Source: Methanobacteriota archaeon
Lineage (GTDB): Archaea; Thermoplasmatota; E2; JACPAO01
Assembly (NCBI GenBank): GCA_016180755.1
Contig: JACPAO010000064.1
Location: forward strand, 1 to 36,414
Direction: 5' to 3'
DNA length: 36,414 bases
Within the stretch, counting starts at the first letter, position 1, and the number at the start of each line of letters is the position of its first letter. A program made the translations under genes and the position numbers. The notes under the pieces were generated by a model. That model was not told the DNA's origin. It did no database searches and saw only the letters and a list, made by a program, of their open reading frames with translations. Of this stretch, positions 9,461 through 17,704 are shown piece by piece.

Positions 9461-9940
9461 TCAGTAGAGGATGTACAAGACGCCGTACAGGATGAGCCCG
9501 GTCGCGAGCGTCGCGTACCACAGGTTGGGGTAGTACCGCGCGATCCGCCGGTGCCGCTCGCGCACGTGCGGCGTCACCGTGACGACGATGCCGTTTCCGT
9601 CACGGACGGTGCCCTGCCGCGCGATGCGCCAGGAAAGGAAGGCGATCGTCAGCGCGCTGATCGCGATCGTGAGGTGGATGGCGAGGAGGGGGATGAACAC
9701 CCAGAGAGGGGCCGTTAGGCCGCGTTCGATGGTGTTCGTCGCCTTGATGACGTCCGTGATGAGGAAGGAGACGAGGAGGAAGCCGTTGAGGCCGAGGGTC
9801 GTGAGCATGAGGGTCCGGTGCGCGTGGACCTCGTTGCGGCGGATCCGGCGGACGCCCAGGTACACGAGGACGCTGATGACGAGCTCCCCCAGGATGAGAA
9901 GGTCGGTGGGGAGTCCTGCGTCCGTTCCGAAGAGCGCCAC
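9461..9940 (-). CDS. DUF420-family membrane protein
   Basis: Four TM helices with conserved His in HRTLML, LAIHL and HRRIAR...LW...TG. Confidence 0.75.
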   Translation of the reverse strand: MALFGTDAGLPTDLLILGELVISVLVYLGVRRIRRNEVHAHRTLMLTTLGLNGFLLVSFLITDVIKATNTIERGLTAPLWVFIPLLAIHLTIAISALTIAFLSWRIARQGTVRDGNGIVVTVTPHVRERHRRIARYYPNLWYATLATGLILYGVLYILY

Positions 9941-9992
9941 GGTCGTGGGGCACGTGGGGTCGTGGTTTAGGCTTTGCGGGGACGGGGCCAGG

Positions 9993-10748
9993 TTATTTTT
10001 TTGTGCCCAGGGCGTAGAAGAGGGGCAGGTAGTTGAGCTGCGTCCCTTCGCGTAGCGAGGCGACGTACTCCCGCTCCCAGGCCTGGACCTCCGCCGGCCC
10101 GAGCCCGGCGTCGGCGAGCGCGCGGTGGTAGAAACCCTTCTCGACCTCGTAGCTTGCGAGGTCCTCGTCGCAGGAGGGGATCCGGGGGTTGCTGAGCCCG
10201 ACCTCGGTCTCGAGGCCCGCCCGGACGAAGTAGGTGCGAAGCTTCCGCCCCGCGTGGGGGTCGCCGCCCTTGCGCTCGATCATGCGGCCCTGGAAGACCT
10301 GGTCGACGATGGGGTTCTCCGGGTAGTGCACCTTCCCGCCGTAGTCGGGCTCCATGGAAGCGAGCACGCGGCCGCCCCGTCGCGCGACGCGCGCGAGCTC
10401 GTCGGCGGCCTCCTGCGGCCGCTCGGCCCACATGAAAAGGAGGTTCGCGACGACGAGGTCGAAGGTCTCGTCCTCGAAGGGGAGCTTGTGGGCGTCGGCG
10501 CGGCGCAGCGTCACGTTGGGGACGCCGCGGAGCGTCGAGCGGGCGGCCTTCACCATCGCGTTGTCGAGGTCGACGGCCGTGACGTGCCCGTTGGTGAGAA
10601 GGCACAGGTCCCGGGTGACGCTTCCCGATCCGCAACCGACGTCCAGGATGCGCTTCGCGTCGGGGAGCCCGGCCCGGAAGTAGAGGGGATGCCGTACCGG
10701 GGCCGTCCGCAGGGCCTGCCGGTCGAGGCGCTCGAGGAATTGCCGCAG
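9993..10748 (-). CDS. Class I SAM-dependent methyltransferase (start uncertain; CTG at 10748 assumed)
   Basis: ILDVGCGSG motif I, AVDLD, ADAHKLPFEDETFDLV, RVARRGG and EPDY. Confidence 0.85.
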   Translation of the reverse strand: MRQFLERLDRQALRTAPVRHPLYFRAGLPDAKRILDVGCGSGSVTRDLCLLTNGHVTAVDLDNAMVKAARSTLRGVPNVTLRRADAHKLPFEDETFDLVVANLLFMWAERPQEAADELARVARRGGRVLASMEPDYGGKVHYPENPIVDQVFQGRMIERKGGDPHAGRKLRTYFVRAGLETEVGLSNPRIPSCDEDLASYEVEKGFYHRALADAGLGPAEVQAWEREYVASLREGTQLNYLPLFYALGTKK

Positions 10749-10795
10749 GTTTTTGGGCGTCCGTTTGGGCGACGTGTCGAACTCATCGACAACCC

Positions 10796-10803
10796 TTTTA
10801 TAA
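10796..10803. promoter_or_regulatory. Candidate bidirectional TATA box (TTTTATAA) between divergent genes
   Basis: The only TATA-like element between the methyltransferase and lipoprotein genes; about 30 nt before ATG 10834. Confidence 0.55.
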
Positions 10804-10833
10804 GTGCGGATGAACGGGGACTCGACCGCTGCC

Positions 10834-11613
10834 ATGTCCGTCCGAACCCTAGCTGCCGCCCTCATCCTCGTGTCGACCGCCCTTTCCGGTTGCTTCGCCT
10901 CCGCCAACAACACCAACCTCACCGCCGGCGCCGAGATCGTGCTGGATGCTTCGGCCTCGAGCGACCCCATGGGCGGGAACCTATCCTTCGCCTGGGACCT
11001 GGGCGACGGCAACTCGACGGAAGGCATGGTCACAAACCACACGTACGCCGCCGAGGGCAACTTCACGGTGACGCTGACCGTCGTGAGCGATGCGAGCCAG
11101 CTGAACGGATCCGCGAACCAGACGCTCGTCGTCGTGGCCGGCGCCGTCAAGGCCCGGGCTCCGATGACGTTCACCGACGCTTCGGGGGACGGGACGACGA
11201 ACTACCACGACCTGCGCCTGACCACGGTCTCCGACGACGCGGACCTGCTCACCATCAAGTTCACGACCGGCGCGGTCCAACCGAGCTCCGGCGACATGAC
11301 GGCCGTATGCTACCAGCTCTTCCTCAAGGCCGGCGCCGCGGCCGAGCTGCGGTTCGAGATCTATGGGGACGGAGGCGCCTACGTCCTCTACGACACGGGC
11401 TTGAACCGCGACGTCCCCGAAAGCACAACGAAGCTCGCGGGGACCGGGTTCACGACGACGGCGTCCTTTGAGAACCTCGGCATCAAGGGCGAGCCGGTCC
11501 CGCTCCAGGTGCGACTCGAGTCCTGGACCTGGGCCTGCACGCCCCAGGAAGGAAACCCGACCGCGAACGGGCCGCTGAAACTCGACGTCGCGGGTCCGTA
11601 CATGTACCAATAG
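10834..11613 (+). CDS. Lipoprotein with PKD domain and C-terminal DOMON/glucodextranase-like domain
   Basis: Lipobox LSGC; PKD signature LDASASSDP...FAWDLGDG...HTYAAEGNFTVTLTV; then FTDASGD...DLR..TV. Confidence 0.85.
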   Translation: MSVRTLAAALILVSTALSGCFASANNTNLTAGAEIVLDASASSDPMGGNLSFAWDLGDGNSTEGMVTNHTYAAEGNFTVTLTVVSDASQLNGSANQTLVVVAGAVKARAPMTFTDASGDGTTNYHDLRLTTVSDDADLLTIKFTTGAVQPSSGDMTAVCYQLFLKAGAAAELRFEIYGDGGAYVLYDTGLNRDVPESTTKLAGTGFTTTASFENLGIKGEPVPLQVRLESWTWACTPQEGNPTANGPLKLDVAGPYMYQ

Positions 11614-11925
11614 CCACCGGTCGCCGCGCGTCGCCTGTTCCCCGACACGCTCCCCGGGGTCCCCCGCGGGGGCGCCAGGATTGGCGCGCGTTGCCATTCG
11701 TCGGCCCGTGGGACGGGCGGATCGATACCGGGGCGTCCCCGTCTCGTAGCCCCGCGCAAACGCAAAGCCTCAAGTCGGCCGGACGCTAAACCTGCCATTG
11801 GACGAATACGCTTGCGGTCCAAAGCAAGAGAGGCGACCGTGCGCGCCTCGGTCGAAAACAACGGACGACCAGCGGGGCGTGCCCGCGAGGAAGGTCTGCG
11901 TCAAAAGCGCCGGCACCGTGAGCGC

Positions 11926-12411
11926 ATGTCCGACCTCGCCGGCGCCCACTGGAACGTCCAAGGGCACCGCGCGAAGCACGCGTACCTTGAGCGCATCCGC
12001 TCCGCCCTCGAGAAAGAGGGCTTCCAATCGACGGTCCTCCAGTGGCGGCACAAGGGACACGCCTACGGCCTCATCAAGGACCTCGGGGACAAACAGATCC
12101 ACGTCCGCGTCTACGAGGACGGCGTCGTGGACGCCGAGATCGAGATCCACAAGCGGTACCTCGAGCACCTTTGGTCCCCGCGGCCTTCCGCCCACAAGCA
12201 GGTCCAGAGGATCTTCACCAAGCACGGCATCCCGATCCATTTCGTGAACGAGAAGTACCTCCCGCAGGTCGGGGCGAACCGCAAGGTCTACCCCAAGATG
12301 CGCACCCGCGTTTCGCACCTCATCGCCGGGGCGGCTGCCGGGCTCGGTCTTGCCGGTCTCTACGTCGCGCGGATGTACCTTTCGCGCGTCAAGCGACGGT
12401 TCCCGCTCTGA
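11926..12411 (+). CDS. Hypothetical protein with C-terminal TM tail
   Basis: Host-like codon usage from ATG 11926; QIHVRVYEDG...DAEIE...EHL; hydrophobic LIAGAAAGLGLAGLYVA followed by a basic tail. Confidence 0.75.
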   Translation: MSDLAGAHWNVQGHRAKHAYLERIRSALEKEGFQSTVLQWRHKGHAYGLIKDLGDKQIHVRVYEDGVVDAEIEIHKRYLEHLWSPRPSAHKQVQRIFTKHGIPIHFVNEKYLPQVGANRKVYPKMRTRVSHLIAGAAAGLGLAGLYVARMYLSRVKRRFPL

Positions 12412-12420
12412 GGTGCGACC

Positions 12421-13308
12421 GTGGTGCGCGTGCTCGTCGAGTCCAGCCCGGATCCCGCAAGCGTCGGCATCGCGGACGCGTTACGAACGCGACCGGGATG
12501 GCACCGAACGAACGGCTCCTTCGAAGAAGCGCCGTTGTGGAGTCGCGGCGACACGCGTCTCGTCACGATCGACGAGGTCCACATCCATGCCGAGGGCCTG
12601 GACGAGCGGCTGCGGCGCAACGGCTTGGCGGCCTCCTCGATTGTTTTTTTATCAAAGCACAAGAGCCAGAGCGGTCGGCCGACGCTCACGGCGCATCCGG
12701 TGGGGAATTTCACGAAGGCGGACTTCGGCGGGACGCCGGGCCGGCTCACGCCGTGCCGCGGCGAACAGCTCACCCACATGCTGCGATGCCTCGACGTTGC
12801 CCGCCGCGCCCTCGAGTACCCCGCCGAGGTGGCGTACGAGACGACGCACCACGGACCCCTCCTTGACGTGCCATGCCTCTTCGTCGAGCTCGGCTCCTCC
12901 GACGCGCAGTGGGACGACCGCGCGGGGCACGAGGTCGTCGCGGAAGCCGTGACCCGGTTCCTCGACGCCGCGATCCCGTCCTATCGCATCGTCGCCGGCC
13001 TTGGCGGCGGGCATTACGCGCCCCGCTTCACCGAGGCCGCGCTGTCGAAGCAGGTCCACTTCTCCCACATGCTGCCGACGCATTACGCCAAGGCGGCCGA
13101 TCCGCCGTCCATCGCCGCCGAGATCCGCCGGGCGTCACCCGGTGCGGATGCCTTCTATTACCACGATGGGACGCTTCCTAGGGAGGTCCGCGAGCCGTGG
13201 TTCGCAGCCCTGCAGGCGGCCGGGCTCCGGAAGGTCGACTCCTCCGAATGGTCCCCGCTGGCCGGCCCGAACGCGTCACCTGGGGAGCCCGGCGGCCACA
13301 ACAGGTAA
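12421..13308 (+). CDS. dtdA: D-aminoacyl-tRNA deacylase (archaeal DTD2)
   Basis: SKHKS...PTLTAHPVGN, ETTHHGP, FVELGS and GGGHYAP. Confidence 0.93.
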   Translation: MVRVLVESSPDPASVGIADALRTRPGWHRTNGSFEEAPLWSRGDTRLVTIDEVHIHAEGLDERLRRNGLAASSIVFLSKHKSQSGRPTLTAHPVGNFTKADFGGTPGRLTPCRGEQLTHMLRCLDVARRALEYPAEVAYETTHHGPLLDVPCLFVELGSSDAQWDDRAGHEVVAEAVTRFLDAAIPSYRIVAGLGGGHYAPRFTEAALSKQVHFSHMLPTHYAKAADPPSIAAEIRRASPGADAFYYHDGTLPREVREPWFAALQAAGLRKVDSSEWSPLAGPNASPGEPGGHNR

Positions 13309-13387
13309 GTTTTGACAGGCCCACCAACAATGCTTTAAGGCTCGGCCCGGACTGGGCTTATATACTGAGAGAAACCGGGGTCCAGTG

Positions 13388-15118
13388 ATGCGGAACGCTA
13401 TCGGGGTCGCGGCGGCCGTCTTCCTCGCTCTCCTAGTCTTCCTCCCCTCCACCCAAGCCTCCCCTGGGAACCTGGTCGCCACCACCGGGGCCCCCGTGAA
13501 ACTCTACGGCGACGCCGCTGTCAAGGCCCGCGACGGCCTCGTCGTCCTCGATCCGGCCGAACCGCTCACCTTCCCGGCCTCGGGCGCGACCATCACCCAC
13601 GTCCGGGTCACAAGCTCCTTCGCGAGACTCCCCACCGGCGCCGAGATCCTGGGCGCGCGCGACATCGACTCCGAGCCCGTCGACGCCGAAGGCTCGACCG
13701 CCCGCCTCGTCCCGGCCTCGGACGCCTTCGTCTCCGTCCGCGCGCGCGACATCACCCTCTCCACGCGCCAGGCGACCGCCGAGGCCGAACCGCCCGCCGA
13801 CCTCTGGCGCGACGCCCACGCCCAACTTGGGATCCTCCTCGGGGACGAGACCCTCGGCCCCGCGTTGCCCGGCGTGCGCCTCGGCCAGGCCTCCGCCGAG
13901 GAACCGATCCCCGGCTTCGCCGCGCTTGCGGCAGGAACCTACGTCGCGGAGGCCTTCGGGTCCCGCGTCACCCTCAAGGCCGACGAGCTCGTCGTCGCCG
14001 GCGCCACCCTCGAGGTCGGCCCCCAGACCCTCGTCGCGGAGCGACGCACGACGCAGGCACCCGGCGCGGTCTTCGTCCCGGACGCCGACGGCGGGACCTG
14101 GACCGGCCCCGGCAGCCACTCCGAAGAGACCCTCGACTACTACGTCCTCGCGCTTCCCGGAGCGGGCTTCGACGTGACGGTCCGGGAGGCCGAACTCGTC
14201 TCGGGCGCCGTGTTCATCCTGCACGACGGCTTCGTCGGCCTGCCCTGGGCCGAAGGCAGCCTCGAGACGGACGCCGAGAACGTCCGCCTCCACGGGGAGC
14301 AGACGATCCTGGGCGGCGTGCTCCGGCTCCGGCCTGTCTCCGTCGACCTCGACGGGGCCCCCCGCATCACGCTCCTGGGCGACGGGGACGTCGCCTTCGT
14401 CCGCGTCGGCGTCGAGTCGACCACGTTCGCGAACGCCGAGGCCGCCGCTGTCGCGGGCGGCGCCGCGGCCGGTCTCGGGCTCGTCGCCCTCGCCGTCTAC
14501 TACTGGCCGACCCTCAAGTACGCCTTGAGCGCCGCCCTGCTCCCACTCTACGCGCGCGTGCCCAAGGAGCAGACCCTCGACCACAAGGGCCGCGAACTCC
14601 TTTACGACCTTGTGAAGAACGAACCCGGGATCAGCACGAACCAGCTCGCGAAGGAGGTCCCCTTCGGCTGGAGCACGCTCACCTACCACCTTCGGGTCCT
14701 CGAGCGGAACGAGGCCATTGTGAGCGTCCGCGACGGCCGCTACAAGCGCTTCTTCGACCGCGCGAGCGGCCGCTTCAGCAACGGCCGCAAGTACATCCTC
14801 GCCGTCCTCAAGAACGACGCGACGCTCGGGATCGCGCGCTTCATCAAGGAGAAGCCGGGCTCGAGCCAGAAGGAGGTCGCCGGCACGTTCCAGCTCTCCC
14901 CGTCGAGCGTGCACTGGCACGTCGAGCGCCTCAACGAGGTCGGCCTCGTCGAGAAGATCCGCGAGGCCCACAACGTGAAGTACTTCCCGGGCGAGGCGTG
15001 GGGCCACGTCACGTTGGAGGACCTCAAGACGCTCGAGCCGAAGCCGGACGCGCCGGGGGGAGCCACCGTTGTGCAACCGGCCACGGTCCCCGGCGCCGAT
15101 GCCCAGCCCTCTGCGTAG
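13388..15118 (+). CDS. Membrane-anchored transcriptional regulator: signal peptide, ~330-aa extracellular beta-rich domain, TM, tandem winged-helix (COG3398-like)
   Basis: Signal MRNAIGVAAAVFLALLVFLPSTQA; TM; PLYARV...LDHKGRELLYDLVKNEPGI...YHLRVLE and second HTH KPGSSQKEVA...VHWHVERL. TTATATA at 13358-13364. Confidence 0.88.
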   Translation: MRNAIGVAAAVFLALLVFLPSTQASPGNLVATTGAPVKLYGDAAVKARDGLVVLDPAEPLTFPASGATITHVRVTSSFARLPTGAEILGARDIDSEPVDAEGSTARLVPASDAFVSVRARDITLSTRQATAEAEPPADLWRDAHAQLGILLGDETLGPALPGVRLGQASAEEPIPGFAALAAGTYVAEAFGSRVTLKADELVVAGATLEVGPQTLVAERRTTQAPGAVFVPDADGGTWTGPGSHSEETLDYYVLALPGAGFDVTVREAELVSGAVFILHDGFVGLPWAEGSLETDAENVRLHGEQTILGGVLRLRPVSVDLDGAPRITLLGDGDVAFVRVGVESTTFANAEAAAVAGGAAAGLGLVALAVYYWPTLKYALSAALLPLYARVPKEQTLDHKGRELLYDLVKNEPGISTNQLAKEVPFGWSTLTYHLRVLERNEAIVSVRDGRYKRFFDRASGRFSNGRKYILAVLKNDATLGIARFIKEKPGSSQKEVAGTFQLSPSSVHWHVERLNEVGLVEKIREAHNVKYFPGEAWGHVTLEDLKTLEPKPDAPGGATVVQPATVPGADAQPSA

Positions 15119-15123
15119 AGACG

Positions 15124-15516
15124 CTAGTCGGCCCACGTTTCGACGCGGACCCCTGGGAAGGAACCGAAATCCTTCACGTTTCGCGTGACGATGGACGCCC
15201 CTTCGGCCGCGGCGATGCTTCCAATTAAGGTGTCCATTACGGCAACCATCGCGCCGCGTCGCTTGTGCTCGCGCCGGATGACGCCGAACGCGCGGGCCGC
15301 ACGCGGCCCGAACGGCAGGAGCCGCAGCCGGGACAGAAGTTGGTCAACCTTGGACAGCGCCTCGTCGGGTCGGCTTGCGCCCGCCGCGCCCTCAAAGAGT
15401 TCGGCCGCGTTGAGGGTCGTCGTGAACGCGTCGTCCCCCAAGGTTTGGAAGACCTCCACCGCCTTCGGGTGTCCGCGGAGGAACCCGATGAGAAGGTCGC
15501 TGTCGAGGATCTTCAA
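15124..15516 (-). CDS. vapC: VapC PIN-domain toxin
   Basis: ILDSDLLI, AELFEG, DTLIGSIA, IVTRNVKDF and VETW. TTG start overlaps the antitoxin TGA (TTGA). Confidence 0.92.
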   Translation of the reverse strand: MKILDSDLLIGFLRGHPKAVEVFQTLGDDAFTTTLNAAELFEGAAGASRPDEALSKVDQLLSRLRLLPFGPRAARAFGVIRREHKRRGAMVAVMDTLIGSIAAAEGASIVTRNVKDFGSFPGVRVETWAD

Positions 15517-15743
15517 AGCTCCACCTTCCGGAAACGCGACGCCTTGCGGTTGGCGTAGATGTCGTCCGTGATGCGCTTCGCCTCTTCGTCCGAAATCTTC
15601 CACGACCCAGCGAGTTCCAGGATGGCATTCTTTCGGGCCGTTTCGCCGAGGCGGCGGATCGCTTCCGAGAAGGATTCTGCTGGACGTTTCAAGGCTCGGA
15701 GCAGGTCGTAAACGTCGTCGGCAACCGAGATTTGACGTGTCAC
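15513..15743 (-). CDS. vapB: VapB-family antitoxin (archaeal RHH type, DUF217-like)
   Basis: TRQISVADDVYDLLRALKRPAESFSEAIRRL...ILELAGSW; directly upstream of vapC. Confidence 0.88.
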   Translation of the reverse strand: MTRQISVADDVYDLLRALKRPAESFSEAIRRLGETARKNAILELAGSWKISDEEAKRITDDIYANRKASRFRKVEL

Positions 15744-15776
15744 CAATATCGATATGTGTGTCGATATATATTGACA
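15738..15776. promoter_or_regulatory. AT-rich vapBC promoter/operator with nested inverted repeats
   Basis: TGTCA(15738)...TGACA(15776), CAATAT(15744)...ATATTG(15773), palindrome ATATCGATAT (15746-15755) and TATATA. Confidence 0.6.
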
Positions 15777-15816
15777 TTTGCCCTCATCAGGGCCTCCTGG
15801 CGTACCTCGCCAGGCT

Positions 15817-16713
15817 GTGACCGCGGAATTCCCCATACGCCGTCTCCACGACGCCCTCGACGGCGCTGCCGTGCGCGCCCTCCGCCGCCAGGACTCCATC
15901 GCCATCGCGGTGAGCGGCGGGCTCGACTCGAGCATCCTCGCGGCGCTCATCGCCCAACACGCCGACGTGACCGTCCAGCTCGTCACCGTGAGCGTGCCGG
16001 GCGCCGTCGATTCGCAACGCGCGCGCCTCCTCGCCGAGCATCTGGGACGCCCTCTCCTCGAGGTCGTCATGACCGCGCCGCGCCTCGAGGCGCTCCTACC
16101 CGAGATCGTCCCCCTCATCGGAACCTCGCGCGTCGATCCCGCGCGCGCCCAGGAATGGGGCATCCCGCCGGAGAGCGCGTTCGTGAGCCCGCTTCTTACC
16201 GGCTGGGAGGTCCCGCTCTTCGTCGCGGCGCGCGAGGCGCGACCATACGCGAAGCGCCTCGTCGTGGGCCAAGGTGCCGACGAATGGTTCGGCGGCTACG
16301 CAAGGTACGCAGGCCTCGAGGGGGACGAACTCATCCTCGCCCTCGACCGCGACCGGGAGGCCCTCGACCGCGACGTCCTCCCCGTCGAGGCCCGGATCGG
16401 GAAGCACCACGCGGTCCAGGTCCACTACCCGTACCTCGACGCGGGCGTGCGCGGCGTCGCCCGCAACCTCCCCCCCTCGGCCCTCGTCGATGGCGCCGAC
16501 CGGAAGGTCGCGCTGCGCGAGGTCGCACGCATCCTCGGCCTTCCCGAGGCGATCGTCTCGGTGCCCAAGACGGCCGCCCAGTACGGCTCGGGCGTCGCGG
16601 GCCTCCTCGCGGGACTCGCGAAGAAGGCCGGCCTCCACCAGAACGAGTACCTCACGCGCATGCTCACGAGCGCAGGATCGGCGAGCTCCACGACTTCCGC
16701 ACGTAGTGCTTGA
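15817..16713 (+). CDS. Asparagine synthase C-terminal (ATP pyrophosphatase) domain protein without glutaminase domain
   Basis: SGGLDSS PP-loop, GQGADEWFGGY, YPYLD, RKVALRE and KTAAQYGSG; no N-terminal Cys Ntn domain. Confidence 0.85.
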   Translation: MTAEFPIRRLHDALDGAAVRALRRQDSIAIAVSGGLDSSILAALIAQHADVTVQLVTVSVPGAVDSQRARLLAEHLGRPLLEVVMTAPRLEALLPEIVPLIGTSRVDPARAQEWGIPPESAFVSPLLTGWEVPLFVAAREARPYAKRLVVGQGADEWFGGYARYAGLEGDELILALDRDREALDRDVLPVEARIGKHHAVQVHYPYLDAGVRGVARNLPPSALVDGADRKVALREVARILGLPEAIVSVPKTAAQYGSGVAGLLAGLAKKAGLHQNEYLTRMLTSAGSASSTTSARSA

Positions 16714-17686
16714 GCAAGGGGTCCCGCACGCGGTAGACGCCGCGGTCGGTGCGTTCGACGACGCGATGGGCCTCGACGAGGCGGCCGAGCAGGACGACCA
16801 CGTTCTTGGGCTCGAGGCCGAGCCGCTGCGCGATGACGGTGGGCGAGCTCTCGTCGTAGAGGCACATCGCGACGAAGATGTCCCGCATGAGGCCCCGGAG
16901 CGAGGCCCACGCGCCCATCGGGCCGTTGGGAAGATGCTCGACGACCTCCGCGAGGGCCGCCTCCGCCTCCGTGGCGCCAAGGTGCCGCGCGCCGGTCGCG
17001 AGGGCGCCGAGCCAGGCGGCCTCCCCGAGCCGCTGCAGGTCCGCGGGGCCCCCGCGGGAGAACTCGTAGAAGATGTCGAGGGCCTCCTCGCCCACTGCGA
17101 GGCCTGCAGCCTGGAAGCGTCGGCGCAGGAAGTCCGCGGCGGTCGCTTCGCTGAAGGGCCGAAGCGCCACCTGGGCGTCCGCGAAGGGTGCGAGGGTCGT
17201 CGCGTCCCCGGTGAGAAGGACGTGGTAGGGGAGGCGGTCGAGGAGGACGTAGATGTCGGCAAGTAGGGAAGGATCCAGGCTGGCGAGGGCGTGGGCGTTG
17301 TCAAGGACGAGCAGTCCTCGCTGGCCCTTCGCGGGAAGGGCGAGGTCGGCGTAGACGGCCCCCGGGGGCCGGTCGGGGGCGGTTGGAGCGTCGACGCCCA
17401 GCGCGGTGGCCAAGAGCCGGAAGAAGCCTGCCCTCGAGGCCGGCCAGACGCGGGAGCAGTCGAGGTGGGCGCGGGGCGAGGGCAAGGAGGGGCCGATTCC
17501 CAGGACCAGGCTCGTCAAGCCCGACTCGGGCGCGCCGGTAAGGGCGAGGCGGGCAGGCCTCCTGCCTGAAAAGCCCTGCACCAGTAGGCGCCGTTCCTCC
17601 TCGAAGCCGTACAAGTATGTTCCGGCCATGGTCGGGGGAATCGGTCCGGCGGTGTAGAAGGGGCCCTGCGTGTGGAACAACTCCAA
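16664..17686 (-). CDS. Archaeal STAND-like ATPase fold plus C-terminal winged helix, with degenerate catalytic motifs
   Basis: GPFYTAGP, LYGFEEE, Walker A GAPESGLT, Walker B LLVLDNAH, GGP, and wHTH ending GVYRVRDPLLKHY. Confidence 0.78.
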   Translation of the reverse strand: MELFHTQGPFYTAGPIPPTMAGTYLYGFEEERRLLVQGFSGRRPARLALTGAPESGLTSLVLGIGPSLPSPRAHLDCSRVWPASRAGFFRLLATALGVDAPTAPDRPPGAVYADLALPAKGQRGLLVLDNAHALASLDPSLLADIYVLLDRLPYHVLLTGDATTLAPFADAQVALRPFSEATAADFLRRRFQAAGLAVGEEALDIFYEFSRGGPADLQRLGEAAWLGALATGARHLGATEAEAALAEVVEHLPNGPMGAWASLRGLMRDIFVAMCLYDESSPTVIAQRLGLEPKNVVVLLGRLVEAHRVVERTDRGVYRVRDPLLKHYVRKSWSSPILRS

Positions 17687-17704
17687 AGTTTACGACGTGT
17701 TGCT

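Noticed and set aside
11780-11905. Twister-ribozyme or cobalamin-riboswitch resemblance (CTAAACCTGCC...CGGTCCAAAGC)
   Set aside because: The twister P4 3' strand and pseudoknot partners are missing, and no B12-box or AGGGAA core was found; kept only as a generic structured leader.
16664-17686. Calling the ATPase-wHTH protein Orc1/Cdc6
   Set aside because: Motif layout (PF..G.P, GxP, YxxxDPLL) fits archaeal STAND-like ATPases better, and the Walker A Lys is missing.
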